63,963 nt of DNA, filler included, from Lenisia limosa (GCA_001655205.1; 15 parts of 15 records of this genome joined end to end with filler, not necessarily neighbours in it); one strand, 5' to 3'; shown: positions 1 through 12,596, counted from the first letter of the whole stretch. Notes: generated by a model not told the origin, from the sequence alone. Program-made: numbers and translations.

Positions 1-81
1 TTACCTGTCCTTTATGTATTACAAAGCCGAATCATATTTAGGATAGAATACATGCTATAATATGACACATGAGAATATATT

Positions 82-160
82 CAGTGACGGGGATAAGTCT
101 TGACCGATTTTCATTGAGAATTCACAGAGCAAATCCGCCAAGACTTATCCTGGTATAAAG
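82..160. mobile_element. Tc1/mariner-type MITE (~78 bp, family B), degenerate copy
   Basis: CAGTGAC.GGGATAAGTCTTGACCGATTT...AAATC.G.CAAGACTTATCCTGG inverted arms. Other copies: 1601-1677, 13771-13848, 43406-43478, 54423-54500, 55808-55872. Confidence 0.75.
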
Positions 161-360
161 TACACCTCCTATACGTTGTACAATCTTCTCTTTTGGTGTT
201 GGAACATGGCTTGCTGCGAGAGCAAAGGGGCTCTTCTTTCGTTTTGCCTCATCTGAGGGGATGGCTGAGGGAGTAAAACGAAGGACATTTCGATGAAGAA
301 TATTCCCGGTCACTGTATAGTTATAAAAATGAATCGGAATCCCCTCCGTGAGTTAATTAT

Positions 361-475
361 CAGAGCTCTTTCCAATTAATTTATTGGGCCAATTAATTTA
401 TGGTTAATTATTTTTTTCATTCTTTTTATTGAGGACCTTAATTGGCAATTGAAAAAATATTTGGAAAGAGCTCTA
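361..475. mobile_element. hAT-type MITE (115 bp, single copy seen)
   Basis: TIR CAGAGCTCTTTCCAA / TTGGAAAGAGCTCTA, flanked by an exact 8-bp direct repeat TTAATTAT (353-360 and 476-483). Confidence 0.8.
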
Positions 476-546
476 TTAATTATATACAGCTTCTTGTGTG
501 ACTAAAACAGCTATATACCAAGTGTGTGTCGGGGGGGGGGTGCAAG

Positions 547-1293
547 TTAGTAAGAGAATAAACCCTGCAAACTCTTAGGTTTAANNNNNNNNNNNNNNNN
601 NNNNNNNNNNNNNNNNNNNNNNNNNNNNNNNNNNNNNNNNTTAACCACGGTAGAGATCTTCGGATTCTGTATGGACGGGAAGGCGGAATGATCGGACTGA
701 CAAGACGGGTCGGGCTTACTAAATTTTGGTACCGTGGGCAACGCCGCGGATTTGCTTTTGAGCGAGGGATGGACTTTGAAAATTCCAGTTCCGGCCGCTC
801 GGTCCTGTAACGGTCCCGTGACGGATGAGCTTCGAGGGGTGTTTTGCATCCCGGGAAGTTGATGGAAATATGGCTCAGCTTTCGTTACTTCCTTGGAGGA
901 TAGGGATGGGGTTTTCTTGTCACCTTCCATTTTAGGAGCGTTCTTCTTCCCACCCTCCATTTTAGGAGCATACTTCTCACCTTCCTTTTTAGAAACGTCC
1001 TGAACAACTGGTTTCCAGTCAGCATTCGTTCTTATCTTGCCCTCAAAACCGCTATTATCTCTGATCGTTTGACGAATATGGCTGTCTGCTGCCTTCGCAG
1101 GCGTTACCTGTGGTCTCTGTTGGCTCTCTCTCCATATCTCATCTGGAGGTTTCACGCCGAATGTCGGCGCTGGAATCGGGCCTCGAGAAGCCAGCTGATT
1201 AGTCGGCACTTGTGGGAACCCCATCTGCATTGGTATATAGGGAGGGACATACTCCCCCATTGCCATTGGGGATGGAAACTGTGGTGGCGGCAC
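547..1293 (-). CDS. Pro/Gln/Lys-rich, probably disordered protein; large exon, partial
   Basis: 248-aa ORF with a 30-nt internal repeat (APKMEG x2, 921-980). The frame across the N gap at 585-640 is unverified. Confidence 0.6.
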   Translation of the reverse strand: MPPPQFPSPMAMGEYVPPYIPMQMGFPQVPTNQLASRGPIPAPTFGVKPPDEIWRESQQRPQVTPAKAADSHIRQTIRDNSGFEGKIRTNADWKPVVQDVSKKEGEKYAPKMEGGKKNAPKMEGDKKTPSLSSKEVTKAEPYFHQLPGMQNTPRSSSVTGPLQDRAAGTGIFKVHPSLKSKSAALPTVPKFSKPDPSCQSDHSAFPSIQNPKISTVVXXXXXXXXXXXXXXXXXXXXKPKSLQGLFSY

Positions 1294-1376
1294 GAAACGA
1301 TTTGGTTGAATGTGAGAGGGCTGGAGGTGGTGGAAGTTAAAAATGAAAAACTAAAACAAAAAAAAAAAGTCAGCGA

Positions 1377-1468
1377 TAAGGCTTCACTTCGGTTCGAAAA
1401 AGGACAAGATAAATCTTTGAAAACCACCGATATTTTTTCGGTAGTTTTCAACCCGAAGTGAAGCACTA
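1377..1468. mobile_element. hAT MITE family A copy
   Basis: TAAGGCTTCACTTCGG...CCGAAGTGAAGCACTA; flanks GTCAGCGA / GTCAGTGT (6/8). Confidence 0.8.
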
Positions 1469-1600
1469 GTCAGTGTCCATAGAGAGGAGGTCATTTTTTT
1501 CAGGGGGAAATACGGAAAGAAGGTCTGACCTCATTTCATTGTCATATCAGAAATGATAAATGATACATGATGATATACTATATCGATACATTCTATATTA

Positions 1601-1677
1601 TAGTGAACAGGATAGTCTTGACCTATTTTCCGGGGGAAATCATATATTAAATCGGTCAAGGCTTATCCTGGTCACTA
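1601..1677. mobile_element. Tc1/mariner-type MITE family B copy
   Basis: TA-TAGTGAACAGGATAG...CTTATCCTGGTCACTA-TA; both termini show the same C-to-T change relative to CAGTG/CACTG. Confidence 0.75.
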
Positions 1678-2542
1678 TACATATCGATATGCGGCCGTTC
1701 TGTTTTTTTTTCAATAAATTCTGATTTTCTCAATTAATTCCGTTATTCTTCTCTTTTTTTTTAAACGACATTCACTCTTTTAGACAAACGCCTAAAATAG
1801 GTACATACTGTGTTTATTTCGCCAAATTAGAAGTAAAATGATCTTGACTTTGGTTATCCTTCATTTTCGGGGTGATTTGTTTTCTACTTTTTTTCAAAAG
1901 TTGTGGTTTCAAATTCTTGTCAAAGTTAAATATTTAGGGATACATAGAGCTCTAAATAAGAAGCCCAGATTTTAAACTTTGAATCCCTTTTGAAGCATAT
2001 CTGTTGATTAATCGGAATTCTAAGGAAATATACTTGATATAATCACAAAAAATACTCTGATTCGAAAGATAAGCAAGAAAAAAACCGGAATTAGCGAAAG
2101 AACCAGAATTTTGAGCGGCCGCATATGAACTAAAAAAACTATATTTGTTTTGCAGTAAGGTCTCTATTGAAACTAGGATCATATTATATGAGCCGTAAAG
2201 AGTACTGGTACCCGTGTATTTTAATAATTCAAGAAATTAATTACATTATCGAAATTAAATGGTCTGAAATGGCTTTTTCCTTAATATGTCCCCCAAATTT
2301 TGAGATTTTTTATATTTTCATAATTAATTGCACGGAGTTCAATGTTAAAGGTTATTATTCCCAATAATATTATCGCCTCCCTAAGCCCACAATACCCCCA
2401 CCCCCACATACACATTACACACACACACAGACAGACACACACNNNNNNNNNNNNNNNNNNNNNNNNNNNNNNNNNNNNNNNNNNNNTTAATTAATTAANN
2501 NNNNNNNNNNNNNNNNNNNNNNNNNNNNNNNNNNNNNNNNNN

Positions 2543-5500
2543 ACCTCCCAGCGCACCCTGGTGTCCAGAGAGGAGGTAGCAAGAACCGAGGGCAGTGCGG
2601 CCGCGGCTGCTGACTTCTCGCTGCTTGAAGAGACATTGCGCAATGAAACCCGTGCCGCCAAGGCCGAACTGAGGCAGAGAGAAGCAGTGGGGCTATGGGC
2701 GGCGGGGGGAATACTGAAGATGATATTTCTCCTTGTTATTTTGAGTATTAATGGAACCTGACATTTTAGAAACACGCAGAGGATTTGGTCGAAGCAGATA
2801 ACCAGCATCGCGCGAACCTGAAGGATGCCATAGGTGGGCAGGGTAGATTGAATTCAATCTTGTTAAATTGCAAAACATAATTTGTAAATACGCCAAAGCC
2901 AGTATATAGTGTTTATGTCAAAGTGTTATCAATTCAACACTGAGTTCCTTTAGCCAAACTGAGGGAGGAAAATGAAGTCGAAATTGAGATTGCTAAAGCT
3001 GAGGTGGGTGAAGGGTCATCAAATGGTTTACCCGGACGGTCTTTTGAATTTTCTCAGTTCTTCCCCTGGGAAGATTTCAATTGGTTTACTCATCAGGGCC
3101 TCCAGCAAACAATGAGAGCCACTAATGCACACGAGGATGCTATTACACTGGTGGAGGTTGGAGGAAAGGGTCCATGAAGACCTGAATTTGCACCTCTGCT
3201 CATCATTGCTTATTTGTAACTTCGTTGTTCTAAACTAACCTACCCTTCCCCCAGACCGAATATAACACGCGATTGGCGCGTAAGGAGGAGGCACATCAGG
3301 CTGTCCTAGTCGACAACGACCGTCTTGTCACTAAACTGAAAACGGGTATGTTGACATATAGTTGTAATTGAAATTTCGATTGTTTCATGTATTTGTCTGT
3401 AGAAGTGAGTATTGTTGGGGCCTTGTCTGATTATTTTGACTCATTTTTGAGAAAAGAAAATACACTAAATATAATCTAGGGATACAAAATAATACATAGA
3501 GATACCAAAAATAAAACGAAATTACAAGTGCATCTGCTCCGCAACACTTTACTAACCCCCAGCCCCAACACACTATACTCGAGGGGGTAGTGGGCTATTT
3601 CTGCTTAACTTCATAGAGGTCAGTCGACTGGAAGACATCGTATGCACAGCTAAGATCCAGGCGACATCGTCTTTCCTACAGCTGCCTATTGAGGCTCAAA
3701 GCGTTCTCACATCCACGCCGCATGGATATAATGGTTGGTAGTATGGCTATAATGCGCGAATGAAGGGTATAATAATATTTTATGGGTGTTTTTTGGCAAT
3801 TAGTGTTGGATGTTTTGTCGTCTCTAATGCTGGATGCAATACCTACATATATTTGTGGGAATTATGTATAGGGGATATGGAAAACAAGAAGCCGACAACT
3901 AACACTTCCAGCTGATGAGCCGGGCCCCGAACAGAAAAATATGGGCGCGAGCTACATCACATTGAAAGCAGGTATGTCATCTCTTCTTTCCTTTTTCGTG
4001 GATATATTTTTTGGAGAATGAGCTTTTGACACTCAACGGGCTTTTGAAAAGATAAATTCTTGACACGCACTGATGTTTCAGCCTCTCTGGTTGGCGCTGG
4101 TCTCTCTGAATCTCTCCTGACCTCTGGCCTGAAACCTCCTCTCAATAAAAGTTCGTTTGGACATAGTTTGAAAGTTTCGTTTTAGTTCTCTTCTATCCAT
4201 GTTCCTTGACCTCTTGGGCCCAACCAATAGTGTTATTTCTTTACTCCCTCCTTCCCCAGTTTCGACCATGAAAGATAAAATGCGCAAGTCCAATGCGCTT
4301 CACAGCCAAAGTGTAATGCAGGCCAAGGATAGAGAACTAACTGCAAATATGGCCCATAAATTGAGAATTGTAGGATGGCTAAAGTGCTATCGGCTTCCCC
4401 AACATTTTCTTTTTGGCAGTGTATTTTGTAGTTGAGTCGTTTTTATGCCTTCAGGCTGTTGCCGAGTCTGAGGACCTAAAGTCCCAGCTGACCCAGGCCA
4501 GACTTCTGAAAACTCAGGCTGAACAGGACAGGACTGCTTGTAGGTTGAACAATACTCTTGATATACTAAGTGCTGTTTGTAGTTTTCTTGAATCCTGCCT
4601 TTCTCCTACAATTTCCTCATTTCAAGCCGAAAGTTTTTTTAACCATGCAGCTGCCGAGGCTCTTCTAGAAGCCCAGCAGAAGTGTGCAGAGGCAGAAACA
4701 AAACTGAAACGTTCAGAGTCCACTCGTGAGGAACTAGCAGCACAGGTTGGGATCAGTTACACCCCCCCCCNNNNNNNNNNNNNNNNNNNNNNNNNNNNNN
4801 NNNNNNNNNNNNNNNNNNNNNNNNNNNNNNNNNNNNNNNNNNNNNNNNTTGATTGTTGACTTATCCTCCTCTCGCAGCTTTCTGAGGCAATGAAGGACTT
4901 TGAGCTCTCATCGGAGTCATTACGCCGTGCTAAGCGTGAATTGTGCCGTTTGAAAAGTCTTGCAGCAAGACATGTGGCGCCGCCTCCAGTGGCACAGAGT
5001 ATTGATGATGCTAAGGTTGGCGGTGATGCAAGGTATAATGTGATTGCTAAGCTGACCCCACTGTCCACTGTTTATTACATTAAATTGTTTAGGAATCCGA
5101 TCTTTGGTCTGAGCTTGTGGCGGCACGGAAAGCACGAGACTTCGCACTTCTGAGTTCCTCCGAAGCCGCAGTAGACCTTCGGGCAATAACGGCAGCAGCC
5201 ACGGCTACTGAGGCGGATCTAAGTAGGGGGGGGGGGGGNNNNNNNNNNNNNNNNNNNNNNNNNNNNNNNNNNNNNNNNNNNNNNNNNNNNNNNNNNNNNN
5301 NNNNNNNNNNNNNNNNNNNNNNNATTGACCATTTTGTAGAGTTGGCTCTGGAAGAAGCTGAACTGAGTCGTGTGCAAGCCGAAGCAATGAAAGATGACGC
5401 ACAGAAGCAGCAGCAACAGGCTGAAGTGAGTGGTCTAGAGTGGCGTTTTTTGGAGAATTACAGTATGTTTTGCACACCAGCTAACAATTTGCTGTATCCA

Positions 5501-6308
5501 TAAGAACATAACTGTGAACAGATACATGTACATGTACAACTGTTTCCTTCTGAATCGACAATACCACTATTCTTTGGCTAACGCCGGGGTGCGCCCATAA
5601 CTCATCATTTCAGGAGTCTACCCAAAAGGCGGGTCAGGAGATTACAAAACTTCACAGAGTCTTTACTCAGGTTTGGAGCTGTTTCATATCATATCAAATG
5701 CAGGTGATGTACCTCCTTTTCAAAAACAACTCAATAACAGTTTATTATTTAACTGGAAAGTTAATTTCACCAAACCATGCACCTTTGTTTTCCTCTTTAT
5801 TGCCATGCAAACCTGAATAGGGCACCTTTTTTGGAGAATCAGAATATGTTTCCATAGTTATACCTATCATTGCATAATAAAGCTGTTGACAGCAACATTG
5901 GCCTAATCGCAACCCCCTCCAGCTGGAGGCAGCTTTGAATGAGTCCCAGCAACGAGAAAAAACAGCCTTGGAACAGGCGGCTGAGGCCGAGNNNNNNNNN
6001 NNNNNNNNNNNNNNNNNNNNNNNNNNNNNNNNNNNNNNNNNNNNNNNNNNNNNNNNNNNNNNNNNNNNNNNNNNNNNNNNNNNATGGCTGGGATGATGAT
6101 TCAGCCTTAACAGATTGTATGAGCTCACACGAATAATCTACAAACTATGCATATATTATAGCATTGATATTGTACTCATTACGTTCCTAATTTTTTACCT
6201 ATTGCGCTTAACTCTTACACCTCAGGCGTTGCACAACTCTCTCCACGAGGCCCGGATGGGGGTTGAGCAAGCGCAGCAGCAGATGGCTAAGGCCGAAATG
6301 GACAAAAG
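2543..6308 (+). CDS. Large coiled-coil protein, multi-exon, partial at both ends
   Basis: More than 12 short GT-AG-bounded exons with heptad-like composition, e.g. KHAEDLVEADNQHRANLKDAI, AKLREENEVEIEIAKAE, AVAESEDLKSQLTQARLLK, ALHNSLHEARMGVEQAQQQMAKAEMDK. Confidence 0.75.
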
Positions 6309-7257
6309 GTGGGAGCCTTGGTTCACAATTCAATATCGAATTGGTTTTACTATACTATAATATTTATATATGTATAGTCAAAGCTCCGGACATCATTCAA
6401 AATTCCCGGACACATCAAAACTCNNNNNNNNNNNNNNNNNNNNNNNNNNNNNNNNNNNNNNNNNNNNTTAATTAATTAANNNNNNNNNNNNNNNNNNNNN
6501 NNNNNNNNNNNNNNNNNNNNNNNCGTCAGGGGTCCACTATTTTGATGCTCTGTAGATTTGCGCCAAACCCATCTTCTCTAAATAAGTCTATTTGAACAAT
6601 TTATTTGTTGTTTAACGCATGCGCTCCCAAAAAACAATAAAAAATGATTGTCAATAAAAATAGATATCAATATCTCCAAATAGAGTAGTTTTGGTAGAGA
6701 AGTTCAAAGTCACACCGCCACAATTGAAAACACGAAAACCGGGAAATGTTTGTGATATTTAAGTAATTTTCGACTTTTCGACTGAGTCAGGACTTTTTTT
6801 CACTTTTTTCATGTGCGAATTTCTGGGTGGACAAAATTCGCCAACGTGGTGAACATACTTTGGGGAGTGACCCCCCCCCCNNNNNNNNNNNNNNNNNNNN
6901 NNNNNNNNNNNNNNNNNNNNNNNNNNNNNNNNNNNNNNNNNNNNNNNNNNNNNNNNNNNNNNNNNNNNNNNNNNNNNNNNNNNNNNNNNNNNNNNNNNNN
7001 NNTATAAAAAAAATAGATTCGGACCTGTACAAAACACATCAAAAGCGCGATTGTTAGATTCGCATATTGAAGCTTATAGATCACATGGTACACTCTATTA
7101 TACATTCCTCCTTGTTTGAATCTAATTCTAAAATAGATATTACTGAATGCTCCATCTCATCTTGAACAATAAATATTTGCAGCCAATATTAAGAAAAAGG
7201 TTGTGAAACAGAAGAGAAAAGTAAAAATACAACAAACACAAAAATAAAAACAATCTT

Positions 7258-9121
7258 CTAGACGAAGCTAGGTGGTCTTTGCTTCTCCAACTCGGAAACC
7301 GTCTGAAAGATGAGACAAACGCAAAATCAAGAAAAACAAAGAGATATCAGCAAATGTCAAAAAATATAAAAAGTAGGATATTTTTTAGAATTCAATTAAA
7401 TCAGCAAAGAAATCCCCCATTGGTTGCATCCAGATTCGTACCCTTCTTAAACGATCATTTTCTGCCTCTAGTGTACAGATCCGCTCTTCGCGACCTAAAA
7501 AAAGGTGGAAAAAAAAGGTGAAATAAAATTAAGTTTGGCTTCGATGTATAGCAGTGAGGAATAAAAAAATAAGCTTTTATCTGGCCGAAGCCATCCACAC
7601 CATCACGCTTATAAGATATTGAATTTATAATATTAATTCACCAAACATTTGCCTTACAACTCTGTACACAGCTTTTTGCGTACCTCCCAGCATACCACAA
7701 ATAAGAATAATTATCGTGTTTGACCTCAGTACATTTAACCTCTTTACCCCCTCACACCCCTTCCTAATATACCCATAAATCCACGTCTCCCAACCAATCC
7801 CATTTACCTTACCCCGTTCCAAGATGCACATAGTATATTATACCAATATGAAATATCATATTGGTACATGAGATGATATATGATATGTCCTAGTATACAT
7901 AATACCTGTTCATACATATAGCATATCATATGTAGAAATGAGTGCAAATAAGGAAGAATACCGAAGCCAGAGNNNNNNNNNNNNNNNNNNNNNNNNNNNN
8001 NNNNNNNNNNNNNNNNNNNNNNNNNNNNNNNNNNNNNNNNNNNNNNNNNNNNNNNNNNNNNNNNNNNNNNNNNNNNNNNNNNNNNNNCTATCGGCAAATT
8101 CATCCCTATGTTGGTGATGCTCTGTCAAATGGACTTTGAGCGAAATTATCAAATATAATCAATTATTGTCTGCATTTACAGAGGCATTATTATCCAACAT
8201 TATGTGGTTTCTCAAAAACACCAAAACTCAAAAATATCGATATTTCAGTGAATCCCCAGCTCTTCTTCCCACAACCCACTTTAGCGACTCGACCGCTTTG
8301 AGGTACTCAGACGAGACCACTGTAGAGACTTCGGGACTATTTGTGAAAATGAGAAAACAGAATAGAAGCAAAACCCCCAAAAAACACAATAATATATATC
8401 ATAGGATAGGAGTATAGTTCTCGCGCAATTGAAAAAATGTCCTTAATTTCTCATTTCCACGTTAGTATGATGTATTGGTTTTCTCATTCAAGAACGTGAA
8501 AGCAGTGATATACCTTGTTTTCAGAGGCGGGGGTTCGTGAAGAGAGTGCAAGGACGAGTGTGGGGAGTTCTAAATGATTACTCTAGTTCACATAAAAACT
8601 TCTGTTGATATGTTAGTAATACAGAGGAGGTGCGCAGAAAGCTATGTGCATGGAGTACTTGGGAGCCACGGAAACCAATGAAACCCCATAAACAGCTTAC
8701 ATTAGGATGAGGGTGGGGGAGAGGGGCGGGAGAGGGNNNNNNNNNNNNNNNNNNNNNNNNNNNNNNNNNNNNNNNNNNNNNNNNNNNNNNNNNNNNNNNN
8801 NNNNNNNNNNNNNNNNNNNNNNNNNNNNNNNNNNNNNNNNNNNNNNNNNNNNNNNNNNNNNNNNNNNNNNNNNNNNNNNNNNNNNNNNNNNNNNNNNNNN
8901 NNNNNNNNNNNNNNNNNNNNNNNNNNNNNNNNNNNNNNNNNNNNNNNNNNNNNNNNNNNNNNNCCTAATTACATTTACGAGACTGCGATGTTAACGGTTT
9001 TGGAGATTTGCCAAATAGGGGAGAGTGCGGGAATATTCATGAGAACATTATAAGAAGTTTACGATGCAGACTTAGTTGGACCATATTGGTTAGAAATGCG
9101 GGTTCGTACCTCTTCAGTTGG
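7258..9121 (-). CDS. 3' part of a coiled-coil protein, multi-exon
   Basis: Minus-strand exons REERICTLEAENDRLR and terminal TVSELEKQRPPSFV* with canonical splice sites; upstream exon PEVSTVVSSEYLKAVESLK. Confidence 0.5.
7549..7710 (+). repeat. Unclassified interspersed repeat family C (~170 bp core)
   Basis: TAGCAATGAGAAATAAAAA..AAGGTTGTATCTGGCCGAAGC.GTCCACACCATCACGCTTATAAG. Full or partial copies near 12405-12465, 13100-13166, 19128-19170, 39345-39480, 39960-40000, 46540-46572, 53430-53598 (reverse) and 60355-60505. Confidence 0.85.
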
Positions 9122-9221
9122 NNNNNNNNNNNNNNNNNNNNNNNNNNNNNNNNNNNNNNNNNNNNTTAATTAATTAANNNNNNNNNNNNNNNNNNNNNNN
9201 NNNNNNNNNNNNNNNNNNNNN

Positions 9222-12200
9222 TCCAAAGTCACCCTCTGCAGTGATCTGAAAACGTCAGAAATATAAGGGACCCAGCAAGTGGTAGCTTTCTGTACATATT
9301 TACACTCATCTCCTACCACTACTACCACAACCACATACACATGTGACTTTTTTTAATTGAAAGTATTAGATGCTATAGACCTGAACCAATACTAACAGAT
9401 TCAAAGGAAGACCAACAATCCAATAATTCGCACAAATTCCACATTACAAGGAGTTCCTTCAACATTCAGCCACCGTGTAAGAAACACTGGACTGAGGAAT
9501 CTCCCCCCCCCCTAAACACATAGGGCTTCACTTCGGTTCGAAAACCTGCAAATTTTCGATAGTTTTCAAAGATTTATCGAAAAATTCAGTCTTTTATTTC
9601 GTACCGAAATGAAGCCCGAACTCCGCCCCCCGAACTGAGTAGGAAACATTTGACTGAAAAGCGGTAATCACGAGCCGGTCAAATACGGCCACNNNNNNNN
9701 NNNNNNNNNNNNNNNNNNNNNNNNNNNNNNNNNNNNNNNNNNNNNNNNNNNNNNNNNNNNNNNNNNNNNNNNNNNNNNNNNNNNNNNNNNNNNNNNNNNN
9801 NNNNNNNNNNNNNNNNNNNNNNNNNNNNNNNNNNNNNNNNNNNNNNNNNNNNTCTAGATATCTATATTTTACCCTTCTTTTTCGGCCTGAAGTGAAGCCC
9901 TAATAACATTCTGGCACATTCAGACCCGCCGCCCCCACTTGTGTATTTTTATTTCCTTTCATCTTTAGCCAATTCATGAAGGCGTCTTAGATGATTTGTT
10001 GTTAAATTATACAGTATCCCTTGGATGTTTTAGGAGCACCAGAGTAGCATTGGCAATTAACTAAACGCTATTCGCTCACACATGAATTTTAAGGTGTTTT
10101 ACTATATTTTACACTCAGTCCATGGGCCTGATTGTGAGATCCACACAATTCTTCAGGAAATGCATGTTAACATTTTTTTTTTAATAATGTGTTTTTTTGT
10201 CTAATAAATAGTATAAATCCAACACCCACCATGGTCTGGAACCACATTGAGGGTAACGGCCACGTTGGGAGAGGCGGTGTACGCAACATCGGAATTGAAC
10301 GTCTATGAAGTTAAAGATGTCTGCATTGTATATGATTCTATGTAGTCAGCAATAAATATATGAAATAAAGATAGTTCTCCATGTGACTTAAGGTGAACGT
10401 CTAAAAAGTTACCTATTATGTATATGATAGAGTAGACCTCCCCCCTCCCATCCACCCACAACAAACATAATTATATTAACCCTCCCCCACGAAAACGTAA
10501 AGTGCAGGCAAAGCGTGGCCGGAAACTATGGAATCAAAAGGGGCGTTGAGGAAGGTCGCGTCGGTTGTTCTTGGGATGTTGGAAAAGATAGGCGAATGGC
10601 GGTAATTCATGAGTAAAATACCGTTTTTGAATCAATTGACAAAAGAAACAAAACCCTTGAGATAACACAAAGAATCAAACAGTTATGGGGTAAAACGAAG
10701 GAAATTGCAATGAAGAACGTTAACAAAATAAACAAAGTAAAGCTAGGGGGGAAACCATTAAATTGTATCCCAAAATCACCGGAATATACTACAGTATCCC
10801 AAATCACCGAAATATACTAAAGTATCAAGTATCCCAACATTTCCTTAAATATACTAAAACAACACATGATGCCGAACCTTTCAATTGGGATTGAGGCAAC
10901 TCCCATCCATGTTTTCAGTATAATCTACAGTTATGAGTAATTGTCTTTGTGTATTTTTAAAAGTAAAATCTACATTTTTTGTATTTCTTTTTTAATTATT
11001 ATCAATAGTACAAACTAATTATCAGTCAGGCTTCACCATCACGCTTCTATTTACTATATACCTAAAGAATAAACAGTATATATTGTCGCCATTTGAGATT
11101 TTAATTAAAGCCCACACTATTGGTATGGCTTACTCCTAGGGCTTCACTTCAGTTCGAAAAATCCCGTATAAATACGTATAAATATTGATAGTTTTCGAGG
11201 ATTCATCGAGAAATGAAATGCAGTCTGTTTTTTCGAAGCGAGGTGAAGCTACCCCCCCCCCCAGACTCTAATATCGAGAGTATCACTTCCAGGTACGAGA
11301 ATAGGGCTATTCTCGAAATTGCAGACAATCTGGCCCTCTTCCAGAGACACGTCGATGATTTCCTCCGTGGATTGGCACTGGTAGGCGCGGTGGGGGCAGA
11401 AGGTACCCTGAAGTATTAAATCAAAAATTTGAAATATGGAGTAAAATGAAAAAAAATTTGAAACAAAAAAAGGTTCAAAATTAAAAAGAGAGGACAAAAT
11501 TAAAACGAGAGGTACAGGTAGGCACGATGGGGGTGGCGGAGTAATCAAAAATTTGAAATATAAATAAGTCCAAAGGGTTTATGGGGGCGGGGGGTAGAAG
11601 AGAAAACGGTATGAAACAAAAACAAAACAGAAACAGANNNNNNNNNNNNNNNNNNNNNNNNNNNNNNNNNNNNNNNNNNNNNNNNNNNNNNNNNNNNNNN
11701 NNNNNNNNNNNNNNNNNNNNNNNNNNNNNNNNNNNNNNNNNNNNNNNNNNNNNNNNNNNNNNNNNNNNNNNNNNNNNNNNNNNNNNNNNNNNNNNNNNNN
11801 NNNNNNNNNNNNNNNNNNNNNNNNNNNNNNNNNNNNNNNNNNNNNNNNNNNNNNTTCTGTAGGGCTTCCCTACGTTAAGAAAAAGACTGTCAAAGTATTG
11901 ATATTTCTTGAGGATTTATCGAGAAATTCAGTCTTTTTTTGGGACCGTAGGGAAGCCCTAGAAATTTCTTTGGTATCCCTGATCCTCCTCCTGCTGAATG
12001 AGCCCCCCCCCCCCCNNNNNNNNNNNNNNNNNNNNNNNNNNNNNNNNNNNNNNNNNNNNNNNNNNNNNNNNNNNNNNNNNNNNNNNNNNNNNNNNNNNNN
12101 NNNNNNNNNNNNNNNNNNNNNNNNNNNNNGGAATTGGGAGAGATGCCACGAATAGCCATATTGTCCACCCCACGTATAACGCGAGGTGGGCCCTCAGCAC

Positions 12201-12230
12201 CGCCGTCCGGTGTCATTGTGTACTGGATTG
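9222..12230 (-). CDS. Uncharacterised multi-exon protein, partial
   Basis: Minus-strand exons MTPDGGAEGPPRVIRGVDNMAIRGISPNS, GTFCPHRAYQCQSTEEIIDVSLEEGQIVCNFENSPILVPGSDTLDIR, TFNSDVAYTASPNVAVTLNVVPDH. Confidence 0.55.
9521..9619. mobile_element. hAT MITE family A copy
   Basis: TAGGGCTTCACTTCGGTTCG...CGTACCGAAATGAAGCCC; no TSD recognisable. A partial right arm also ends at 9902. Confidence 0.8.
11137..11251. mobile_element. hAT MITE family A copy
   Basis: Same TIRs and core; short internal duplication (AAATA.CGTAT). Confidence 0.75.
11860..11960. mobile_element. hAT MITE, subfamily A2
   Basis: TAGGGCTTCCCTACG...GGGACCGTAGGGAAGCCCTA with the shared TTTATCGAGAAATTCAGTC core. Confidence 0.8.
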
Positions 12231-12596
12231 AACCTAATTATGGGTTATTAAATGTGTCATTTATCAATAAGTCATCGTGTACTTTAGCTTGGATTGTGGA
12301 TGATTAATTGTGTCATTTATCGATACCGTCAATTAGTCCCTGTATGTTGGATTATTCCTGGATTAATTGGAGGTATCGATTGAATTAATCGTGTCAAATA
12401 CAAAAACAAGGTTGTATCTGGCTAAAGCCGTCCACACCATCACGCTTATAAGGGTATTGAATTATNNNNNNNNNNNNNNNNNNNNNNNNNNNNNNNNNNN
12501 NNNNNNNNNTTAATTAATTAANNNNNNNNNNNNNNNNNNNNNNNNNNNNNNNNNNNNNNNNNNNNAAGCCTATATGCGGAGGGAAAGGGGGGCTGT

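Noticed and set aside
581-644. TTAA-N56-TTAA resembling a piggyBac insertion
   Set aside because: The interior is entirely masked and no TIR is visible. It cannot be told apart from a gap or processing artefact.
1069-1466. Short ORFs overlapping MITEs or lying antisense to real exons (here and throughout the track)
   Set aside because: They recur wherever family A, C or D copies or N gaps remove stop codons, giving FSKPKFEK- or LSINPR-like peptides. They have no splice or motif support.
1687-2126. Possible 440-bp element bounded by ATATGCGGCCG / CGGCCGCATAT
   Set aside because: The inverted match is only 11 bp, with no TSD and no second copy in the window.
2443-2542. Recurrent TTAATTAATTAA palindrome as a biological motif
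   Set aside because: It is always centred in exactly 44 N on each side: a six-frame-stop assembly spacer.
7549-7710. Family C as a tRNA-derived SINE (TGGCCGAAGC resembles an A box)
   Set aside because: No GTTCRA B box or cloverleaf follows, and no consistent tail or TSD is seen.
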